Position numbers and translations under genes: made by a program. Of a DNA stretch of 64,000 bases, positions 57,787 to 64,000 are shown piece after piece. The stretch lies in the NCBI GenBank assembly GCA_000146465.1, contig CP001946.1; one strand, written 5' to 3'. Below the pieces are notes generated by a model that ran no database searches, had not been told where the DNA came from, and saw nothing but the letters and a program-made list of their open reading frames with translations. The number at the start of each line of letters is the position of its first letter. Position 1 is the stretch's first letter.

Positions 57787-59310
57787 ATGAAGACAGAAAT
57801 TAAAGACTTGTTTGAGAAGGACAAGAACAGAGCCAAGAAGCTGGCCAGAAAAGTTGATGTGGGAAAGGAGTTTATATACTATGACTTCTCGAAGACTCAT
57901 ATCACGGAGGAAATCATTGACAGATACTTGGAAAAGATGGATGGATTTGGAGAAAAAATAGAGGGAATGTTTAATGGAGAAAAGATAAACTATACCGAGG
58001 ACCGGAAGGTTCTGCATGTGGCACTGAGGGATAAGGAAGTGCTGAGGGGGATTTCTGGAGAAGATGTGAAGCTGGACTCGGATCGTAAGATGGTTTATGA
58101 CGAGTTGATGAAGATCAAAGGATTTGTAAAGGATTTCGATGAAGGAAAGATATGTGGAGTAACTGGGAAGAGGTTAGAAATGATTGTCAACATAGGAATT
58201 GGAGGAAGTGATCTTGGGCCCAGGATGGTGTGCGATGCACTTGAGTACTATGGAAGGAAGGGGATAAAGACTTACTTTATCTCAAACATCGATGCAACGA
58301 ACACAATCAAGGTTTTTGAGAAGATTGACCCTGAAAGAGCTTTATTTATTGTGGTAAGTAAAACATTCACGACGCTTGAGACCATCAAGAATGCCGAGCT
58401 TTCAATGAGGTTTCTGGAGAAGAGGCTTGGTAAAGACAGAGCTGAGATTGCAAGTAAACATTTTGTTGCAGTGAGCTCGAATGTAGACGAAGTCAGGAAA
58501 CACAACATTTCCCGTGTGTTTTCGATGTGGGACTTTGTTGGAGGAAGATTCTCCCTGTGGTCTGCAGTTGGGCTGTCAATAGTTCTCTACATTGGATTTG
58601 ATAACTTCATATGTCTACTTAGAGGAGCTTCTGTTGTTGACGAATATTTCCGAAAGAGCCGGGGAAGGTCAAATGCTGAGATGATGCATGCGATTGTGGA
58701 GCTGTTCTATTCGGAGAGGGGATACAACAACAAGTGCCTTGTCTCCTATGACGAATACATGAGGAAATTCTATCTGTATCTCCAGCAAGCGGAGATGGAA
58801 AGTAATGGGAAACCATCGCAAAAAACAGACACAGGCTATATTATATGGGGAGGAAAAGGGACGGATGTTCAGCATTCGTTCTTCCAGTTGCTGCACCAAG
58901 GTACCAGGAAGATCTTGACGGAGCTTCTGATGCCTCTCAAACCTTTACATTCGGAGGAGGAGTACCATAGGATGGTTGTTGCAAATTGCTTGGCACAAAG
59001 CAGAGGCCTGATGATTGGAAAGGAAGATCCAAATCCAGAGAAGTCATTTGAAGGAGACAAACCAACCGTTACAGTCTGCTACTCTAAGCTCACGCCGGAG
59101 ACACTTGGCGCCATGATAGCGCATTATGAGCATAAGATATTCATTCTGGGGCTATACTGGGGCATAAACTCCTTTGATCAGCCTGGAGTTACTCTGGGAA
59201 AGAAGATAGCCATTGAAGTGCTTGAGTCCTTTGATGAGAAGAAAGAGTCGGAGAAGTTTGATGAGTCGACAAACGAGATGTTATGCCTGATGAGGAGCTG
59301 CAAGAGGTGA
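57787..59310 (+). CDS. PGI1: glucose-6-phosphate isomerase
   Basis: [11 protein letters not shown]..., GIGGSDLGP, the SIS domains and VVSKTFTT are the PGI signature regions. Confidence 0.9.
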   Translation: MKTEIKDLFEKDKNRAKKLARKVDVGKEFIYYDFSKTHITEEIIDRYLEKMDGFGEKIEGMFNGEKINYTEDRKVLHVALRDKEVLRGISGEDVKLDSDRKMVYDELMKIKGFVKDFDEGKICGVTGKRLEMIVNIGIGGSDLGPRMVCDALEYYGRKGIKTYFISNIDATNTIKVFEKIDPERALFIVVSKTFTTLETIKNAELSMRFLEKRLGKDRAEIASKHFVAVSSNVDEVRKHNISRVFSMWDFVGGRFSLWSAVGLSIVLYIGFDNFICLLRGASVVDEYFRKSRGRSNAEMMHAIVELFYSERGYNNKCLVSYDEYMRKFYLYLQQAEMESNGKPSQKTDTGYIIWGGKGTDVQHSFFQLLHQGTRKILTELLMPLKPLHSEEEYHRMVVANCLAQSRGLMIGKEDPNPEKSFEGDKPTVTVCYSKLTPETLGAMIAHYEHKIFILGLYWGINSFDQPGVTLGKKIAIEVLESFDEKKESEKFDESTNEMLCLMRSCKR

Positions 59311-59412
59311 TCTAAGATGGGCTCACGAGGGTACTACCTTAATAAAATCCTCTCTTTGGTTTGTGTTCTTTGAGATTTGGTGAACGTTTTTTGGAGGAGA
59401 GGAAAACCCTTA

Positions 59413-60108
59413 ATGTTTTCATTCAAGGAAAGGATGAAGACATTTGCTTCATGGCCTGAGAACTACGGTGTTGCAACGCCGGAGGGTCTTTCCATTGCAG
59501 GATTTATCTGCCTATCTACGGAAGAGAACAATCTGACGGTGGAGTGTGTGTATTGCAATAAGACACTGGAATGCTGGGAAAGGACAGACATGCCGGCAAA
59601 GGAGCACTACCTCCACATGAACAGCTGTCCACTTTTCAATGTGAACAGATTGGAGAGCAGGGTAAAGATGTTCAATGGATGGAGTCTCAAGGAGGCGAAG
59701 GCACTTGCAAGAATGGGGTTTGTTAAGTACAACCTTGGAGAGTCGGACTTTATCTTTTGCTATAAATGCGGATCGATCAACAGAAGCCATTTGTGTGAAA
59801 GAAAGAGAGGGCATCCATACAGCTTGGAGAAGCGTGGGAGTGTATTTTTTTACGACTTAATCGAAGGCATTTACAACAAAGAGCTGGTGAAGCTTACAGA
59901 GTACAATGTATATATTCCACAGCACACCAAAGAGTTTCTGAAAGAAGTTACCGGTGGTTGTTTGGGGTCGGTTTTTCGAAGTGTCGAGGATGTGATAGAA
60001 GAATACATGGGAAACAAGCTGTTTGAAATAGACAAGGCTATGAGCCATGATATCGAGAGAGCTCTTGATGAGGTGGTGGCGGGAATTGGAAAAAAAAGCC
60101 TGGGATGA
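59413..60108 (+). CDS. BIR-domain protein with two BIR repeats (survivin/Bir1-like)
   Basis: BIR1: RMKTFASWPENYGVATPEGLSIAGFICLSTEENNLTVECVYCNKTLECWERTDMPAKEHYLHMNSCPLF. BIR2: RVKMFNGWSLKEAKALARMGFVKYNLGESDFIFCYKCGSINRSHL.ERKRGHPYS. Both show the C..C...H......C pattern. The first ATG is at 59413; the track starts at a TTG. Confidence 0.65.
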   Translation: MFSFKERMKTFASWPENYGVATPEGLSIAGFICLSTEENNLTVECVYCNKTLECWERTDMPAKEHYLHMNSCPLFNVNRLESRVKMFNGWSLKEAKALARMGFVKYNLGESDFIFCYKCGSINRSHLCERKRGHPYSLEKRGSVFFYDLIEGIYNKELVKLTEYNVYIPQHTKEFLKEVTGGCLGSVFRSVEDVIEEYMGNKLFEIDKAMSHDIERALDEVVAGIGKKSLG

Positions 60109-60150
60109 GGATGTAGGCAATGATACGATCTTGGCCTGGGAAATTAGAGG

Positions 60151-60179
60151 TAAATTTTTTTTCGAGTCTACCCTTGTGA
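60151..60179 (+). promoter_or_regulatory. AAATTT-like plus CCC-like proximal promoter motifs upstream of RPS6
   Basis: taaattttttttcgagtctacccttgtga sits immediately 5' of the ATG at 60180. Confidence 0.4.
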
Positions 60180-60862
60180 ATGAAGGTAAGTGGACTTTGA
60201 AAGACTAATTTCAGTTAAACATAGCATATCCAACGAATGGTACACAGAAGATGTTTGAGATTGAAAGAAAGGTGGAATCAAGGCTTTACGACAAGAAGAT
60301 AGGAGATCAGTTTGATGGGGGAATTCTCGGAGAAGAGTTTGAAGGAACAATTATGGAGATCACAGGAGGAGACGACTATCAGGGCTTTCCCATGGTAGGG
60401 GGGCACTTGACGAAGAAGAGAGTAAGGCCTCTTCTATCGAAGGGGGATACAGGATACCGATGCAGACGCAAGGGAGAGAGGCGGCGCAAAAGCGTCCGTG
60501 GATCGATTGTTTCTGAGCAGACCTGTGTACTGAGCCTGATAATTCTGCGAGCCGGGGAGAAGGAGATAGATGGGCTTACAAATGTTGTCAATGACGTTTC
60601 CCATCTTCCCAGGAAGGAGAAGAAGCTTAGGAAGATGTTTGGGATTCCTGCAGAGGAAGAAAACGTTGTGGGATACATCAGGAACATATTTAAGTCTGAA
60701 TGTGAAGATCCAAAGAAGATACCCAAGATTCGGTGCAATGGAAAGAAAATAAGGAAGGAAAAAGAAAGAAGAGAGGAGGCTAGGAAGATCAGAGGAGAAA
60801 GAAGAAGAATATTGGAGGAGGAAAGGAAAGCATATCTTGAGAAGTACTTCAATAAAGCCTGA
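60180..60862 (+). CDS. RPS6: 40S ribosomal protein eS6, two exons: 60180..60185 and 60215..60862, with a 29-nt intron at 60186..60214
   Basis: The track ORF (60251..60862) lacks the S6 N-terminus. ATG AAG at 60180-60185 is followed by GTAAGTGGACTTTGAAAGACTAATTTCAG. The spliced product [30 protein letters not shown]... matches eS6 [31 protein letters not shown].... Downstream: ISGGNDKQGFPM-like ITGGDDYQGFPM, and RKGERRRKSVRG. Confidence 0.85.
60186..60214 (+). other. spliceosomal intron (29 nt) in RPS6
   Basis: GTAAGT donor after the second codon. ACTAAT branch motif 5 nt upstream of a TTCAG acceptor. Exon 2 is in frame with the downstream S6 ORF. Confidence 0.8.
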
Positions 60863-60883
60863 TTTATTTTCTAGCAATTCTGT

Positions 60884-61837
60884 CTATGGTTCCAGGCCCC
60901 AGTCCTTGCACCATTCTGGGAGGTTGGCTACATACTCTATTCCATTATATGTGTATTTCCAAGCATGAAGGCAGATATAGTAGTCCTTAGTGACGAAAGA
61001 CCTATTGTTTCTTCCTTTACAACTCCTTACCACATATTCGTATTTTCTTTTATCCTCAAAGCCACTTATCTCTGCATTGCAGGTGCTATCCCAAAGTGGC
61101 TGTGGCAACTCCCCATCCCCATACATGATGTCGTTTACAATTGGAAATCCTATACTTTGGAGATGAATTCTAATCTGGTGTGTGCGCCCGGTAATAGGCC
61201 TACATTCCACAAGCGAATGCCCATCTTTGTATGCTAGTCTTCTGAACAGTGTCAAGCATGCCTTTCCCTCGTCGCTAACATATCTGTGCTTTCCTTCGGC
61301 ACATGAGATCTTCTTATCTACATCTATGCTGTCAGGAAATAGTCCTTGTACCTTTGCGAGGTAGATCTTTCTGGCTTCTCTGATTGCTTCCAAGCATTTA
61401 GAATGGTTTTTCACTGCAACAATCAAGACCCCGGACACAGGCATGTCCAGTCTGTTGATGCAGGCCACCTTCTTGTCCCCAAAGAGTGCTCTTGTGACCG
61501 AGTATTCTCTATAACCTCCGGTGGGGTGGCATGGCATCCCCGGAGGCTTGTTCACGACAACATAGTCTTGCTCCTCCCTTATTATATCTATTTCCGGATG
61601 TGCCGGCTCATGAATGTGGACTGTATGCCTTATGACATCTCCGATTCGGAGTATTCTTCCGGGTTCCACAATCTCTTCGTTAACTGTTACTGCCCCGCAT
61701 TCCAACGCAGACAGAAAATAGTCCTTGGTTCTTGTTCTAAATTCCGAAGCAAGGACATCTATCACCGGTTTCTCACACCACCGTCCCTTAACGTTGGTTC
61801 TGAATGTGAAGAAGTATTCAGCCTCCCCTTTTGCCAT
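60884..61837 (-). CDS. RluA-family pseudouridine synthase (Pus/RPUSD-like) with N-terminal S4-like region
   Basis: YVVVNKPPGMPCHP, RLDMPVSGVLIVA and the catalytic HQIRIHLQSIGFPIVNDIMYG are RluA family motifs. Confidence 0.75.
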   Translation of the reverse strand: MAKGEAEYFFTFRTNVKGRWCEKPVIDVLASEFRTRTKDYFLSALECGAVTVNEEIVEPGRILRIGDVIRHTVHIHEPAHPEIDIIREEQDYVVVNKPPGMPCHPTGGYREYSVTRALFGDKKVACINRLDMPVSGVLIVAVKNHSKCLEAIREARKIYLAKVQGLFPDSIDVDKKISCAEGKHRYVSDEGKACLTLFRRLAYKDGHSLVECRPITGRTHQIRIHLQSIGFPIVNDIMYGDGELPQPLWDSTCNAEISGFEDKRKYEYVVRSCKGRNNRSFVTKDYYICLHAWKYTYNGIEYVANLPEWCKDWGLEP

Positions 61838-61916
61838 CCCAGGGCTGTATTTTCGGCTTCAAGTCCTTGGCCTTGCCCACATGTCTATTTAATTCTTGGA
61901 GAAAAAAGCCTTTCCC

Positions 61917-63113
61917 ATGAGGAACACAAACGAACTGGAGCTCTTGCAAATAACAAGTATAACCGCTCTGTCTCTGGTTGTCTATTCGTCTGGATACAGA
62001 AAAAGCATACTCAACGACTTTTTGTTCTACATAGTTCCCCAGTACTGTGCCGTGATGTTCCCAGACAGAATCTGGAGCACGTATCTTTGTTTAGCCATGC
62101 TCTTCAGATACTCACAAATCCAGAAATCTACAAACAGCAGTGAAAAAACTACGGTAATCGGATATTTAAGATTCACAATATCTCTTATAGTTGTGATTGC
62201 AATATACGGAGTGGACTTCTCGATATTTGACAGAAGACTTGGGAAGTCGGATTTTTTTGGAATCCAAATGATGGACATAGGTGTTGGAAGCTTCATTTAT
62301 AATAGCGGGGTTGTGGGCTGGAAAGGAAGGCCTTTAAGAAGGTGCATAAGGTCCTACCTAGTTCTTGTTATCCTTGGGTTTGTAAGGTACTTTGTTGTTA
62401 AGTGGTTTAATATCCACGTAAATCCAAGAGAGTACGGAATCCACTTAAACTTTTACTTTATACTTGCAGCTGTGAGACTCATATGTTCACTGATAGGGTC
62501 CAGATACAACTTTCTTCTGGGACTCTTTTTAATAACAATCTACGAAGTCGTTCTCAAGTTCTCTGGGTTGGTGGGCTTTATCTTTTCTGATCAGAGGAAA
62601 ACATTCCTGGAGATGAACAAGGAAGGACTAGTGGCGGTTATTCCATACACATCGATATTTTTGATGGCATCGGAGATTGGAAGAATATGCTCCTCCAAGG
62701 ACAAGGTAAGAAGCAAGGGATTTCAAGTCCTGAGGATGTCGGGTATATTTGGATGTCTCTATGCAGTGTCGCAGCTCTCCAACGAAGGATCTAGAAGATT
62801 GGGAAATGCGGGGTTTGTGTTCTGGATACTTACCCTTCACACCTTGCATATGGGGATATACATGCTTTTTGAAAGTGTGATTGTCCTACACAATCCATTG
62901 ACATCTATGTTCTGTAGTTCCAACATGATGTTTGTATTTTTGTTTTCAAACCTGATTGTCCTACTTGGAAACTTCTTTTATGATCTTGGGAGCTTTTCAC
63001 CTCTAGTTGCACATCTGAACATTCTTTCCTATCTGGTGCTTGTGTTTTCGATTCCAGCTCTGTTGGCGAGTAGGTTTGACCTGCGCTGTGTGGGGCTGGG
63101 ATACCGGTCCTGA
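61917..63113 (+). CDS. GWT1: GPI-anchored wall transfer protein 1 (GWT1/PIG-W inositol acyltransferase), polytopic membrane protein
   Basis: YGVDFSIFDRRLGK...MMDIGVGSFIYNSGVV and EYGIHLNFYFILA match GWT1/PIG-W signatures (YGVDFP.F.R..AK..T.G.SLMDLGVGSFVF; EYGVHWNFFFTLA). The first ATG is at 61917; the track starts at a TTG. Confidence 0.65.
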   Translation: MRNTNELELLQITSITALSLVVYSSGYRKSILNDFLFYIVPQYCAVMFPDRIWSTYLCLAMLFRYSQIQKSTNSSEKTTVIGYLRFTISLIVVIAIYGVDFSIFDRRLGKSDFFGIQMMDIGVGSFIYNSGVVGWKGRPLRRCIRSYLVLVILGFVRYFVVKWFNIHVNPREYGIHLNFYFILAAVRLICSLIGSRYNFLLGLFLITIYEVVLKFSGLVGFIFSDQRKTFLEMNKEGLVAVIPYTSIFLMASEIGRICSSKDKVRSKGFQVLRMSGIFGCLYAVSQLSNEGSRRLGNAGFVFWILTLHTLHMGIYMLFESVIVLHNPLTSMFCSSNMMFVFLFSNLIVLLGNFFYDLGSFSPLVAHLNILSYLVLVFSIPALLASRFDLRCVGLGYRS

Positions 63114-63148
63114 AAAGAAATAAAAGCTTATTGGACCCTTTTGTTGGT

Positions 63149-64000
63149 ATGAATAAAGAAGGCCATCGAATGGAACTGGAGGATGAAAGACATGCCATAA
63201 TATTGGAGAATGTCTTCTATCTTCTTTGTGGGGTTGACACCACCCACTTAAGGATAGGAGTGAAGGACAAGAGGTATGCATTGATAGGAGACCCGACATA
63301 TCCTCCTCAGCTTATTCTTCCGTTTGAATCGCTAGCAATCAATGTAAGAGTTCTCAACAAGTTTATATTGAAGTCACAGTATTCATCCGATACAATTCGA
63401 GAAATGGTAGGAGACTACTTTGAGGCTAAGATCGGCAAGTACTTGAAGGATCTTATGGGCCTTCGATGCCAAACACGGAGTATTGAGATGCTTATAGTGA
63501 GCCTTGGAAGCCGAGTCGAGGAGTTTGATGAGATGAAGGAAATTGTAGACGACATTAGGGACATGTCGGGAGTTCGGATACTGAACCATCTTAAGAAAAG
63601 AAGGGATAGAACTGTACATTTTCTAGGTCTTTATGATGATCTCATTAATCCTTGCATTCACCGAATAAGAGAAGAGGTGCAAGGTTGGGTTACAGAAGGG
63701 CTGATGCCGAGCAGTGAGTTTATGGTGAAGAAAAACGAGTGCTTGAATGAATTTACGGATTGTGTGTGGACACATTGGTATAGGATTGCCCAGGATAACG
63801 TGCCATACTTTTTGGAAGATCACAAGAACCTTATCTACAATTGTGGAAGGATAGTCAATCTCGGACGGATGATCCATGGGAAAAACATATTCCACAACTT
63901 GGCAGAGGAGTATGGGAATCTTGGGCTTACAGGGTTAAATTCATATCTGAACACACAGTTTTTAGAGTCACTTCGAAGTAGCCTTGAAAGGGAATTGGAT
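63149..64000 (+). CDS. hypothetical protein, 5' part only (ORF continues past the window end)
   Basis: An open frame from the ATG at 63149 to position 64000 (284 codons, no stop), in MNKEGHRMELEDERHAIILENVFYLLCG.... No homology recognised. The minus-strand ORFs in this interval are antisense to it. Confidence 0.4.
   Translation, partial: MNKEGHRMELEDERHAIILENVFYLLCGVDTTHLRIGVKDKRYALIGDPTYPPQLILPFESLAINVRVLNKFILKSQYSSDTIREMVGDYFEAKIGKYLKDLMGLRCQTRSIEMLIVSLGSRVEEFDEMKEIVDDIRDMSGVRILNHLKKRRDRTVHFLGLYDDLINPCIHRIREEVQGWVTEGLMPSSEFMVKKNECLNEFTDCVWTHWYRIAQDNVPYFLEDHKNLIYNCGRIVNLGRMIHGKNIFHNLAEEYGNLGLTGLNSYLNTQFLESLRSSLERELD

Noticed and set aside
61346-62143. 265-aa plus-strand ORF overlapping the RluA-family pseudouridine synthase gene
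   Set aside because: It is antisense to a well-conserved CDS, has no homology, and has a Cys/His/Ser-rich low-complexity composition typical of shadow ORFs. Its downstream part also runs into the real GWT1 gene in a different frame.
1-64000. Prokaryotic or phage-type system (defence island, operon, CRISPR, mobile element) as the hidden feature
   Set aside because: Gene content is unambiguously eukaryotic: TAFs, eRF1, proteasome, Ran system, spliceosomal introns and a Pol III tRNA gene. I see no direct or inverted repeat arrays, integrase or transposase ORFs or target-site duplications. The unusual features are eukaryotic genome-compaction phenomena.

Overview
This window reads as compact eukaryotic nuclear DNA, very likely a microsporidian (Encephalitozoon-like) chromosome core at roughly 42-45% GC. 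I resolve about 52 protein-coding genes on both strands and one tRNA-Leu(UAA). Intergenic spacers are mostly 20-220 bp, and a few neighbouring genes overlap.

Almost everything is housekeeping. The recognisable products are:
- glycolysis and related metabolism: PGK, PGI, GPD, ACS, PMM;
- translation and ribosome biogenesis: eS1/RPS3A, eS6/RPS6, uL1/RPL10A, eRF1, DRG, Mrt4, Fcf1, a Ytm1/Rsa4-like factor;
- proteasome beta7 and V-ATPase subunit E;
- DNA metabolism: MLH1, dUTPase, DNA polymerase epsilon subunit B, Nse3;
- transcription: RPB11, Rpc5, BRF1, TAF7, TAF8, NF-YC/HAP5, SWI3/RSC8, a 3435-aa Tra1-like PIKK, a C2H2 factor;
- trafficking and signalling: exportin, RanGAP, an R-SNARE, BAP31, GWT1, PP5, a WNK-type kinase, a BIR protein, Ase1/PRC1, an Arp and CPSF2.

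I see no mobile elements, CRISPR arrays, large repeats or prokaryotic-type systems.

The main things the ORF track does not show are two short spliceosomal introns placed right after the start codons of RPS3A and RPS6. Both have a GTAAGT donor and a CTAAC/CTAAT branch point next to the 3' AG. Other points of interest are:
- a WNK-family kinase carrying two C-terminal SAM-like domains;
- a large PIKK whose catalytic motifs are degenerate, so Tra1/TRRAP-like rather than TOR;
- extreme gene compaction, with overlapping genes and a 15-bp bidirectional spacer;
- recurrent CCC and AAATTT-like motifs just upstream of start codons;
- several ORFs with no recognisable homology.

All functional calls are by eye from motif memory; no database search was possible.
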